Of a DNA stretch of 61,950 bases, positions 37,026 to 45,988 are shown one piece after another. The stretch is from a virus (taxonomy: Duplodnaviria > Caudoviricetes). The notes under the pieces were generated by a model. That model was not told the origin of the DNA and ran no database searches. It saw nothing but the letters and a program-made list of their open reading frames with translations. The stretch lies in IMG/VR virus record IMGVR_UViG_3300033145_000307, positions 1-61,950 of that record. One strand, written 5' to 3'. The translations under genes were made by a program, and so were the position numbers. Numbering within the stretch: position 1 is the stretch's first letter; the number at the start of each line of letters is the position of its first letter.

Positions 37026-37901
37026 TTAATTGTTAAACCAAAGTTTCACGTACTCTGCATCAAGCCAGCCCTTAGGTGGTCTTCCAGCATCATTCCATTT
37101 TACGAAATTTTGACAGAGCTTCCAATATGCGTCCTCTGCAAGCATCCTACTTTTCTCTTCAATCGGGAACGGTTTTGCAAGCCAAGGCTCTTCCTTGGAG
37201 GCCACCATAAAGACCATCGGCTCTGTTGGCCCATGTATGGTTTCTGCTCCTTCGTGATAATGGATGTCCTGTACCCACAACCGACTTTTTAGCGCCGTCC
37301 TGAAGTTTGAGAAAGAAGCGTATAGCTTGAGATCGAATATATAATTGATGTCGTCAGTCTGTATAAAAACATCATGCAGGGCTTTCTTCTTGATGCCTTC
37401 TCGCTCCCATTCAACACATTTCTGGAATTCTGCAACTTTCAATATTTCTTCAAATGGATGCCCCAAGACCTCGCAACGGAGCATGTTATTCACGGCCCGT
37501 CCCAGCATGTCCGAATCCTTCTTGCCGATTGGAATCTTGCCGGGGTGAAGAAGGCACTGGTCGAGATAGGCATGTTTCGTTGAATGTGTTTTGCTACGCA
37601 CTGGACCATCATCATTCTTTTTCGGCTTGTTGTAAACGAACTTACTCTCAAGGTCTTCGCCATCCTCTACCCACTTCGGCAATTCTTTAGGCATATCGCC
37701 ATCAACATCGCACTCAAAGAACCTCTCTTTAAACAGGCCCGTACCTTTAACTCTGTCCTCGATCAATCTCTCAAAGGCTTTTCCTTGCTCAAGATACGGT
37801 GAAGGCTCCAAGGTCATAAGCGCGTGGTCTTGGCTCTCGTAAAAACGTGAGAGGTTGGTGGATGTTAGGCCGGGGAGCTTGGCGTACTCGGAGTATTTCA
37901 T
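37026..37901 (-). CDS. RecE/ExoVIII-like (DUF3799) PD-(D/E)XK exonuclease
   Basis: 'YAKLPGLTSTNL', 'KKALHD', 'DLK', 'Q..HY', 'FMVASKEEP'; near recT. Confidence 0.75.
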   Translation of the reverse strand: MKYSEYAKLPGLTSTNLSRFYESQDHALMTLEPSPYLEQGKAFERLIEDRVKGTGLFKERFFECDVDGDMPKELPKWVEDGEDLESKFVYNKPKKNDDGPVRSKTHSTKHAYLDQCLLHPGKIPIGKKDSDMLGRAVNNMLRCEVLGHPFEEILKVAEFQKCVEWEREGIKKKALHDVFIQTDDINYIFDLKLYASFSNFRTALKSRLWVQDIHYHEGAETIHGPTEPMVFMVASKEEPWLAKPFPIEEKSRMLAEDAYWKLCQNFVKWNDAGRPPKGWLDAEYVKLWFNN

Positions 37902-38460
37902 AATATTATTTCCCTTACCAGTTCATCATTGTTGTTTAGAAAATGAGCAAATTCCCCGCTTTCAAGTAATATACATTGATATTGCGTTTCTTTTTTATGG
38001 GGCCAAACACTATTATAGTAGTATTCAGACTTCACAGCCCTAACACCATTCGTTGTTTCAAAAACAGCCCCCCTTCGTAAATCTCTTAGTTTTATATATT
38101 CGCTCATTTCTTCACCCGACCCTTCTCAATCACAAACACGCCGATATTCTCTGGCACTTGCGAAGGGCGTTCTCCAACGATGGTAGCAAGAATAGTCTTC
38201 TGCTCATCCTTGGCTTTCTGCACGTAGTTGAAAATAGACCTCCCATTCCAAGAAATCCGAATCCGAACTCGGTGCGCTGGTTGCTTGCCGTACTTTTCAT
38301 CGTATGCGTCATTGCTCGTATTATGAAATTCCGGTATCTGTGTCATGGGCTATTTCTCCCTTAAAACATCTTCTCAATCAACCGACACGCCCCGTACAGG
38401 CCGCAAAAGGCCCACGCTACGAGGACTACCATTAATGATGCTACGTTGCTATTCGTTTTA

Positions 38461-38685
38461 TCATGGACAGTCTCCTTGCGCCTTATCTTGCATTTCATTG
38501 TGTGGGTTAATACTGGGATTAGTCACGGCTCCATTGTTGCGAATGTCAGCCCATGACCACATTTCAGCACCATCTACATGCAGAGAGAATTGAATTTCTC
38601 CTTTTGGCAATTCAGGGTGGTTTGTGGTTCTCAATATTTCTTGGACCTTATTAGATATTTCTCTTTTTTGTCTTACTGAAAACAT
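38461..38685 (-). CDS. Hypothetical protein
   Basis: GGAGGG RBS, 74 aa. Confidence 0.6.
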   Translation of the reverse strand: MFSVRQKREISNKVQEILRTTNHPELPKGEIQFSLHVDGAEMWSWADIRNNGAVTNPSINPHNEMQDKAQGDCP

Positions 38686-38925
38686 TTTGTTCCCTCCTTA
38701 TCTCCGTTTTGGAACCCTGCCGTCACTTCTTTGTCGCTTCCCAACTATTAAATAGCTGACCACCGTTGCGTCAGAATACACATCGGTGGCTACGGACTTT
38801 AGCTCTTTCGTACTGTTCATTCCCATTCTAACCAACTGAGCAATGTCTCTTGCGGTTTCGGCCTCAAGAGAAATCTCAAAACAATGTTTATATTCATTAA
38901 GTTTTGCCTTCACGTTTTCCCTCCC

Positions 38926-39144
38926 TTAATCATGCACACAAATTAGTTTATACTTACACGGCTGATCGCAATAATTTTCAGCCTTCCCAAAACAATCAAA
39001 ATTTCCTGCCCTACGCTGCTTCATCCGTATCAGTGGTATCAAATGTATTCTTGCACAATCGGTACAAAACCCGTCACTGTAGCCTTCAACCCTTGGATTG
39101 CCTTCACCTTTTGTTTTTCCACAAACAATACACCTGAATTTCAC
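38926..39144 (-). CDS. Cys-rich small protein
   Basis: CIVC, CTDC, 'GNFDCFGKA..YCDQ.C.Y...C'. Confidence 0.6.
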   Translation of the reverse strand: MKFRCIVCGKTKGEGNPRVEGYSDGFCTDCARIHLIPLIRMKQRRAGNFDCFGKAENYCDQPCKYKLICVHD

Positions 39145-39165
39145 AATACCCCCCTGTTCAGAAGG

Positions 39166-39792
39166 TCATTTGCACAATACCTTAAAGATTTCGTCTTGGA
39201 TTCTGGGCCAATCGGTGATGAATAGCTTGGCTATCTGCACAGACAATTCATAATCCCCACTATACCTTGATGTATAAGCAACCCCCTTAACCTTCTCGGC
39301 TTCGAGTTCGTCATCCCTGGTTAATCGCCTATTGGTATGGTATGATCGTTGGTTTTGATTGAGACAGTTATACTCAACGGTGATTTGTGTCCCGTTTGAC
39401 CAAACATGAACCATATCTTCAAAGGAAGTGTCCCAAACGATAGATGGAGAAATTTCTACATTGTTTCGTAAGTCCATGTATCTATCAAAACAATACCGAA
39501 CGACAGCATCCTCTGCCAACGAATACTTCTCAGGCACAGCCGGAATGGCCTCGGTCTTGGTTAGGGGAACTTCAGTGGCTTCAAAAAGCGCCCAGTTTTG
39601 CATAGCAGAACCACTGTGTTTGTTGATATATTCTACAGCGTCTTTTTTTGATTTAAACAATTCCGCTCCAACCCTGGGACTACCCCCTATAAAAATGGAT
39701 TCGGTTTCCCATGTAAGAATGTAAGAGGTTTCTGCCCCTGCAACGGAAGCCACCAGTAAAAATGCCAATGCGATTAAGATTGTTCTTTTCAT
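39166..39792 (-). CDS. Exported protein with signal peptide
   Basis: MKRTILIALAFLLVASVAGA-E. Confidence 0.7.
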   Translation of the reverse strand: MKRTILIALAFLLVASVAGAETSYILTWETESIFIGGSPRVGAELFKSKKDAVEYINKHSGSAMQNWALFEATEVPLTKTEAIPAVPEKYSLAEDAVVRYCFDRYMDLRNNVEISPSIVWDTSFEDMVHVWSNGTQITVEYNCLNQNQRSYHTNRRLTRDDELEAEKVKGVAYTSRYSGDYELSVQIAKLFITDWPRIQDEIFKVLCK

Positions 39793-39813
39793 GATTCCTC
39801 TCCTTGGGGTTAT

Positions 39814-40227
39814 CTACAAATAAAAATGCTGTTCACAATGAGGACAAAAAATCTTGTCACCAGTTTGGGGCAAATCTTTTTTAACAGCCATGCCGTCCTG
39901 AATTATCAACTCCCACCTATCGTCAAGATCCTCGCCTTGGGCTAACAATTTTCCCTTAATCCCAAATTCAGGCATATCTTTTCGCATGTTTGTAATAATT
40001 AAATTCACCACTTCAACCATACCATGCGTTTTTTCAGCACCATTCCACCGAAGCCCTGTAAAATCTGATAACAATTCGAGATCAACATAATATAGTTTTA
40101 ATGATTGACCCCATTCTGGGTGATCTCTACAGTCTTCACCCAAAAACGACTGCACCCGCGCAAGTTGACTGGCAGATAGTTCCTTGGTAAATTTTAATTC
40201 TCCGTTAAAGTCTGTACTATATCCCAT
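39814..40227 (-). CDS. Conserved phage hypothetical protein
   Basis: 'MGYSTDFNGEL', 'WNGAEK', 'QGEDLDDRW'. Confidence 0.7.
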   Translation of the reverse strand: MGYSTDFNGELKFTKELSASQLARVQSFLGEDCRDHPEWGQSLKLYYVDLELLSDFTGLRWNGAEKTHGMVEVVNLIITNMRKDMPEFGIKGKLLAQGEDLDDRWELIIQDGMAVKKDLPQTGDKIFCPHCEQHFYL

Positions 40228-40271
40228 CGTTCTTCTCCTTTTAAAATTCCACAACAATCAAGCAGAAGGTT

Positions 40272-41126
40272 TTATATTCCCTCCCAAACAACCCCTCCGG
40301 GGTCACCTGTCAAAAACAGTTCCCGCCCATCATCAAAAATTCTATAACCCTCAAGCTCTGACATCTCCATTCCAACAAAGCACCGTTCAAAGACAACTTC
40401 GCCCTGCTCAAGATCATATTCGTACAGCGCCCATCCATTAGCCGGTTCTGCGTTGCCAACGAGCCACAAGACACCTCTTTCCCATGAATATGACTGAACG
40501 TACCCAGGGACATCATAAGTTGCTACCATCACCCCATCGTCCAGCGTAGAATTAGAACCTGCTAATGCCTTGGGATTGTATAGCCTGAGTTGGTTCCCAT
40601 CAGGTCTGGTATAATCCCCGGTTGCCAAGCAAGTTACACCATTAAGCTCAATATATTCAGCACGCATGAATTGAATGGCATGAGGATCGGGAATGACATT
40701 AATAATAGCGTTGTCAAGATTGCCTTCTGCTTTAAATATGCCCCAATCAAAGACATACCATTCCTGGTTCCCGGCAAGGAGCGATGGATATCCTTCTTTA
40801 ACTGCCAAGGCTGTCGGATGTGCCAACAAAGGAACACCGTTTACATATAACGATCCTTCCCAAACTACATTCACCTCTTCGTCTATCTCGATCACCTTTG
40901 CCGTACTAATCTGAGATTCAGAGCTTAAAAGGTACAAAGACCCGTCTATTCTTTCCGCAGACTGGCCTATTAATCCTGGAAAGTTAAATCTTGTGACCGC
41001 AAGGCTTTCGCATTCGTATTCAGCTTGTGTTTCAGGGGGAATTATCTGTGGCTGTGTGTCGCGTGGAGTGTTGCTTCCGCAGCCAGCGAGGGCGAGTAAG
41101 ATTAGTATGGTGGCGAGTTGTTTCAT
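40272..41126 (-). CDS. Lipoprotein, beta-propeller-like
   Basis: Lipobox MKQLATILILLALAG-C. Confidence 0.75.
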   Translation of the reverse strand: MKQLATILILLALAGCGSNTPRDTQPQIIPPETQAEYECESLAVTRFNFPGLIGQSAERIDGSLYLLSSESQISTAKVIEIDEEVNVVWEGSLYVNGVPLLAHPTALAVKEGYPSLLAGNQEWYVFDWGIFKAEGNLDNAIINVIPDPHAIQFMRAEYIELNGVTCLATGDYTRPDGNQLRLYNPKALAGSNSTLDDGVMVATYDVPGYVQSYSWERGVLWLVGNAEPANGWALYEYDLEQGEVVFERCFVGMEMSELEGYRIFDDGRELFLTGDPGGVVWEGI

Positions 41127-41128
41127 GG

Positions 41129-41401
41129 CTACCTGTTTTTTATGAATTGATCGCGGTAATCAATTACTGGAGTAAAATCATGTTTAATAACATAAATATT
41201 AGCACACCGTCCTTTTGTTTTTCTTGCAAACCCCCGTGCCAAGTTCCAAGCTAGTTCTTCGTCTTTAATTAACTTTTCTCCTGCGTGTTTATCGGGAAAA
41301 TGGTCAGATCGCAACAAACCATCTTCTATCCATTCAAAGCTTACCATGAACCCTGATGGTTCGGCCCCATTTATAATCTTAAACGCTTCTGCAATTTTCA
41401 C
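41129..41401 (-). CDS. Hypothetical protein
   Basis: GTG start, GGAGGGAG RBS. Confidence 0.6.
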   Translation of the reverse strand: MKIAEAFKIINGAEPSGFMVSFEWIEDGLLRSDHFPDKHAGEKLIKDEELAWNLARGFARKTKGRCANIYVIKHDFTPVIDYRDQFIKNR

Positions 41402-41405
41402 AACT

Positions 41406-41676
41406 CCCTCCCTTTAGATGTGTGGGGGTTAGTAGGCTTGTGGTTGTGGCGAAATTATCAACCCTTCAGCCTGCTAACCTTGACGTTGACCTTTAGTGCC
41501 GGATCACAATTTTGATCGTCATCTAAAATAGTCTGAACAGCGATACTTTCAACATTCAATCCTGTAGTTTCTCTAAAGTCATCCAAAGCATTTTCGATGA
41601 CATTTTCAACAGCATAAATAGCTTTTCTCTGTGATTTTATATCCATTGTAATTCCCTCCTTTTAGATGTGTGGGGG
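41406..41676. repeat. 23-bp direct repeat (22/23 identical) flanking gene 41458-41646
   Basis: CCCTCC(C/T)TTTAGATGTGTGGGGG at 41406-41428 and 41654-41676. Confidence 0.85.
41458..41646 (-). CDS. Hypothetical protein
   Basis: 62 aa, AAGGAGG RBS. Confidence 0.6.
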   Translation of the reverse strand: MDIKSQRKAIYAVENVIENALDDFRETTGLNVESIAVQTILDDDQNCDPALKVNVKVSRLKG

Positions 41677-41743
41677 CTGTTGGGGTATCGCTCTGCTGCG
41701 TGTTCCAGGGTGATTAACCCATCCCCGGTAGCCCCACACACAT
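41666..41743 (-). ncRNA. Candidate structured RNA (three-way junction on a long stem)
   Basis: GGGGCT/AGCCCC outer stem, GGGG/CCCC, GGGT-TAATC-ACCC and CGC-AGCAGA-GCG. Confidence 0.45.
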
Positions 41744-41796
41744 TGTCCTTGTTCGTCTAAGACCAGCCAAGGACGGCATTTTGGGGGAGGTAACTA

Positions 41797-42123
41797 TTAT
41801 AAAATTTTATTAAGCAAGGATTCTTCAAAAACTGACAGCACTGGCCGATAAATGCTTTTGCCGCCAATGTTCCCCAGGGTTTCATTTATAAAAGCATTTG
41901 TTCTGGGAATGTCTCTTAAAATAGGCATCGTGGACACTTTTCTTTTCAGTGCCTTTCTCGCCCTTCCCTCCGCAATGTGTCGTCCCTTTTTCTTCATAAA
42001 AGAATCAAGTTCTGAACAAATCGCTACACCCCTTGCCCATTCTTTTTCGTTTTCTATGAGGCACACGGTTCCGATTGGCTTGCCTTCCGAGGTTGCATAG
42101 TAAAACTTCTTATTTTCTTCCAT
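41797..42123 (-). CDS. Hypothetical protein
   Basis: 'ARGVAICSELDSF.KKKGRHIAEGRA' is a common phage motif. Confidence 0.65.
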   Translation of the reverse strand: MEENKKFYYATSEGKPIGTVCLIENEKEWARGVAICSELDSFMKKKGRHIAEGRARKALKRKVSTMPILRDIPRTNAFINETLGNIGGKSIYRPVLSVFEESLLNKIL

Positions 42124-42342
42124 CCTTCCCCTCCCTCTCTTTTTGCTGTAAAAATTCCGCGTACTCTTTTGCGTCTTTTATGTCGAAAAATCCCGCCACA
42201 TTTCTATCTCCTGCAATTTCCACGTAGATATTGTTTGCCATTTCGGCATGATCAATAAAAATATACACCTCTCCGTCGGTGGGCGCATTATCAGCAAATT
42301 CAGTCATGTTGTTATAGATTTTCATTCTTCTCTTTTTCTTCT

Positions 42343-42741
42343 CTAATAGGTTTCTTCATTAAACAAGCTCCACCATTCGTTACATTCTTCCGTAAAATTA
42401 AAAGAAGAAATCGCTGGCACGGGGATTTCCTTTTGACGCAATGTTGCCAAAATACATGCCGGACAACCTTCGGTGGCTTCCCGCAGTTCTCCCATTTTTT
42501 CTTCTACCTCACCAACATTGGTCAGTGTTAAAATATCATCATTCTCAATTATATTTGGGTTTGGCAAAATAACCAACAAATCGGACATTTCCCGTTGTTC
42601 TAAATTACGCATTGCACACATTCGACAAGCCCTGTTCGGGTTCATGGTACATGCTTTTTCATGCCTTGAAATTGAGGCGGCAGAGCAATTGGCTTTTTTG
42701 CAATGTTCACAATAATACCTATTCACCCTCTTGGTTATCAT
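42343..42741 (-). CDS. Zn-binding hypothetical protein
   Basis: 'YCEHCKK...HEKAC..NPNRACRMC', 'CPAC'. Confidence 0.65.
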   Translation of the reverse strand: MITKRVNRYYCEHCKKANCSAASISRHEKACTMNPNRACRMCAMRNLEQREMSDLLVILPNPNIIENDDILTLTNVGEVEEKMGELREATEGCPACILATLRQKEIPVPAISSFNFTEECNEWWSLFNEETY

Positions 42742-42928
42742 TGCCCCTCTCTTTTTCTTCTTTGACGAATCGGGTTAATAGAACCGCCGCTGCGCCCCTG
42801 CACTTTGATTTGCCTGACAAATAGTTGGTTATTGTGTCCTCGGTCACTCCAAGGCGAAAGGCCGCTTCCACTGTTGACCAGCCCAATGTTTTAAGGGCTT
42901 GTTGTACTTCTCGCGGTTTTAGTTCCAT
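42719..42928 (-). CDS. XRE-type HTH regulator
   Basis: 'LGWSTVEAAFRLGVTEDTITNYLSG'. Confidence 0.75.
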   Translation of the reverse strand: MELKPREVQQALKTLGWSTVEAAFRLGVTEDTITNYLSGKSKCRGAAAVLLTRFVKEEKERGNDNQEGE

Positions 42929-42940
42929 ATTGGTTCCTTT

Positions 42941-43510
42941 TTATCTATGTCTTTTACACAATTCCTTACACCATGAATCTTGCCAATCGGTGCGCCGTCC
43001 GTACTTTCTGTGCAATGTTGTCATTTCTGATAGGTTGTCAGCACAAATATCGTCCCAAATATCATGCCATATACAATCATAGCGCACTCCCTTGGGTGGC
43101 TTCCACTCAAGGGCATCGGCGTGAATGATAGACAGGCGCTTGTCGTTAGTAAACGTGGGGGCTACAAGACTAATTACATCTTGCGATTTTTCAATAACAG
43201 TGATATTTTTTACTTCTGGTTTCTTAAGAAGGGCGACCAATACCACTCCCAACCCAAGCCCATTAATTAATATATTGCCCTTGGCCTTATAGATAAAAAA
43301 TCGGCAGTCAGAAATTTCCATCGGAGTATTAGACATTATGGTTGCGCCGCCCCGTTTAAGCCTTTTATATGTTCCGGGAGCAATGGATCGTGTGCTAAAG
43401 CTAAACATAGCCCTCATGTTTGCAAGGTCAGCATCTTCTTTTGATACCTCAAAGGTTTCAACTGACCAACCTCCCGATTTCCCATCTGGCACATTAACAT
43501 CTATATTCAT
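42941..43510 (-). CDS. Class I SAM-dependent methyltransferase (spermidine-synthase-like)
   Basis: 'GNILINGLGLG', 'ITVIEKSQDVI', 'IIHADA', 'YDCIWHDIW'. Confidence 0.75.
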   Translation of the reverse strand: MNIDVNVPDGKSGGWSVETFEVSKEDADLANMRAMFSFSTRSIAPGTYKRLKRGGATIMSNTPMEISDCRFFIYKAKGNILINGLGLGVVLVALLKKPEVKNITVIEKSQDVISLVAPTFTNDKRLSIIHADALEWKPPKGVRYDCIWHDIWDDICADNLSEMTTLHRKYGRRTDWQDSWCKELCKRHR

Positions 43511-43731
43511 AAAGCCCTCCTTATTGTTAAACACAAGATAAGCTACCCCAACCCAAATAGCAACCCCAATACAACCCGATTTCAGCCATTCTCAGGAAGT
43601 CTTCGCTAATTCTTCCCGAAAACCTCATCCCGAAGTATTAAATCACCCATTTTATCGATTTGTGCATAATATATGAGCAACAAGCTTGGTTGTCGTGCAT
43701 AAGGCTGGAAATATTAATTACAAGACTCCCC

Positions 43732-43761
43732 TTGACAACACCCACGTTCTGTGCCTACTAT
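43732..43761 (+). promoter_or_regulatory. sigma70-like promoter of second plus-strand island
   Basis: TTGACA-18-TACTAT. Confidence 0.5.
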
Positions 43762-43922
43762 ATTGTAACAGCTCAACTGAGTATTGAGCATTTTTGATTT
43801 CCTTATGTTAAAAGGCTGTTGCGGCCTAACTCCAGGCGAAAACCCTTTTTTCTGATCGGAGCCTCCTGGGGGCAATGCAACCCGATCAGAAGATTGGGTT
43901 TTTGTGTTTTGGGGGAGTGTGT

Positions 43923-44582
43923 ATGCTAAACAAACAAGGACAAGACAAGATTGATTGGACAGATTGGTCGGCAAATCCAATAAGCGGTTGCCTCCACGGT
44001 TGCGATTATTGTTACATGCACCGAATGGAAAAGCGGTTTCCTGGGATTATGAAACCAGCATTTCATCCTCACCGCTTAGATGATCTCAAGAAGCTCAAGA
44101 AGCCTTCTAAAATATTCGTAGGATCATCGGGCGACATGTGGGGTGCATGGGTGCCTGACGAATGGATTGAGGCCGTTCTTGATGTGGTTCGGCATTGCCC
44201 ACAACATATTTTTCAGTTCCTTACTAAGAACCCGGTGCGCTATGGTGATTTCCCTCCACTTCCTAATGCTTGGTATGGCACAACGGTTGATGGCACCAAG
44301 CGTACCAAAAACAACATTTCATTGTTGGTTCAGGGCATACAACCATGTTCGGCAATTCGGTTTGTGTCGTTTGAGCCCTTGCTTGCCCCAGTTGTACCCG
44401 ATCTTTTTGGTATTTCATGGGCGATTGTAGGAGCAAATTCAAACCACGGAGCCAAGAAACCACCCGATAGGTGGGCCAATCAGATTATTGACAATGCCCA
44501 CTATTGGGATTGTGCTGTATGGGTCAAAGATAATTATAAATATAATGAGCGAATTAAAGAATTTCCAAAAGAAGGTTCTTAA
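43923..44582 (+). CDS. Gp37/Gp68 (DUF5131) radical-SAM-like protein
   Basis: 'KIDWTDWSANPISGCLHGCDYCY', 'FQFLTKNP', 'RFVSFEPLL'. Confidence 0.88.
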   Translation: MLNKQGQDKIDWTDWSANPISGCLHGCDYCYMHRMEKRFPGIMKPAFHPHRLDDLKKLKKPSKIFVGSSGDMWGAWVPDEWIEAVLDVVRHCPQHIFQFLTKNPVRYGDFPPLPNAWYGTTVDGTKRTKNNISLLVQGIQPCSAIRFVSFEPLLAPVVPDLFGISWAIVGANSNHGAKKPPDRWANQIIDNAHYWDCAVWVKDNYKYNERIKEFPKEGS

Positions 44583-44604
44583 TTAGGTTCCATACTGCGT
44601 AAGC

Positions 44605-44890
44605 GGGGGCATATATGTATTCACCCATTACTATTTTATTAACAATGATGCGGCTTTTTGGTAGACGAAGCCCGAATGTGGTCGTGCAGCCTGTGACACA
44701 AGATAAGGGACTCTAATTCCCGCACGGCCCTGCTGGATAAAATATCGGGGTAAACACCGCCTCGTGGTTATTAAACGCATCTAACCAAGAAATTCACAGG
44801 AAATCGGCTGGAAACGCGAACCGTCTACCTGTAGGTGTCTCCAAAATGGTAGTAGTTCCAATTTAGGAAATTCCACCAACGCTTCACAGG
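44605..44890 (+). ncRNA. Candidate multi-pseudoknot structured RNA
   Basis: About 300-nt intergenic region with at least seven complementary segment pairs, several non-nested. Confidence 0.45.
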
Positions 44891-44914
44891 GGCATATGAT
44901 TAAAAGGAGGGGGA

Positions 44915-45082
44915 ATGAAAACCAAGAAAGACATCGAAAACGCCTTAGATAAGTTGCCACCAACGGGTGAAACTAAATATCCTGCAATGACTTATGAACA
45001 AGGAGCTGAAGAGGCCCTACTTTGGACGCTTGATGAGCCAGAGACATTAGGATGGATGAAAGATTGGACACATGAAGAATGA
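44915..45082 (+). CDS. Small hypothetical protein (55 aa, not in ORF track)
   Basis: AAGGAGG RBS; MKTKKDIENALDKLPPTGETKYPAMTYEQGAEEALLW... Confidence 0.6.
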   Translation: MKTKKDIENALDKLPPTGETKYPAMTYEQGAEEALLWTLDEPETLGWMKDWTHEE

Positions 45083-45341
45083 GGAGCTACCATGAAAAGG
45101 GCAGCCCTATGTGTTTACGGTCAGGTAGCGATAAAGGGGAATCGAATAATAACACCAGAGGAAATGTTTATTAGAAATGAGGACATTTATCTTTAGGAGG
45201 GAATTGTGAAAACAAGAAAGGCAATAAAGGAATGCGCAATATGGTTGGCCTATTGTTTAAAAATAGGATGGCCCAAAGACACATTAGATGGATTAGAAAA
45301 AACATGGTGGGAATATCACAAGCCAAACGGAGAATTAATCC

Positions 45342-45587
45342 CTAATCCACCCCACTAAAAACCTCATACTCTTCGTAAATCTCCGCAAGCTTTGTCGCAA
45401 ACTCAAGCTCAATACTCTTGTCCGGTGTATCAATAAAAATTTCTTCAGTGGTGGGACTGACAGAGAACGGAACGTGATATTTAGCGCATAGCTCAGAAAC
45501 AGCGGTGAGTAGGTTCTTTTCAACTTCCTCTGCGCTGGGTAGTTCTTCTCTTAGTTCAGGGGGAGTAAACATAAATAGAGGGTTCAT
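45342..45587 (-). CDS. Hypothetical protein
   Basis: 81 aa, end of late operon. Confidence 0.55.
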   Translation of the reverse strand: MNPLFMFTPPELREELPSAEEVEKNLLTAVSELCAKYHVPFSVSPTTEEIFIDTPDKSIELEFATKLAEIYEEYEVFSGVD

Positions 45588-45591
45588 ATCC

Positions 45592-45984
45592 TCACTCCTT
45601 ATTACCAGTAATCTCCTCGTAAGTGCTTAAAACCTTAAAGCGATGAAAATATCCCCAAGCCCATCGGACCACCCAGTATTTTATGTATCTCCGCCAATAT
45701 GGATTGCCCCTTGATGCCATAAGCTCAAGATAGACATCGGCAGCTATCTTTTTAGAAACAACAGGCACAGAGTCTTTCCGGCAGAGGTAGTCGTGGATAC
45801 ACCCCCCCCTCTTTGATGTGTTCGCACACAAAGCATAAACAATGGGGATGCGCGGGACCGACTCAAGGTCGAAGACAAAGCCTTCCGGAACTTCTATTAC
45901 TTCATCAATAACCATACTTGCAAATCTAAATGGTTCTGTCAGCTTCACGAACTTATTGTCTATCGCTTGGTAGACTAATCTCAT
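45592..45984 (-). CDS. DUF1353 domain protein
   Basis: 'IEVPEGFVFDLESVPR', 'IHDYL', 'ADVYLELM', 'YWVVR'. Confidence 0.8.
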   Translation of the reverse strand: MRLVYQAIDNKFVKLTEPFRFASMVIDEVIEVPEGFVFDLESVPRIPIVYALCANTSKRGGCIHDYLCRKDSVPVVSKKIAADVYLELMASRGNPYWRRYIKYWVVRWAWGYFHRFKVLSTYEEITGNKE

Positions 45985-45988
45985 TATT

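Noticed and set aside
38347-38464. Frameshifted small membrane-protein gene (MIKRIAT / VASLMVVLVAWAF...)
   Set aside because: Too short to separate from chance or a sequencing error; no slippery site.
43816-43903. Hammerhead ribozyme (CTGTTGC-stem-GAAA-stem)
   Set aside because: Core differs from CUGANGA at two invariant adenines and stem I cannot form.
44605-44878. tmRNA or HDV-like ribozyme
   Set aside because: No T-arm before the putative acceptor strand and no clear tag ORF; HDV P1.1 and L3 consensus are missing. Kept only as an unclassified RNA candidate.
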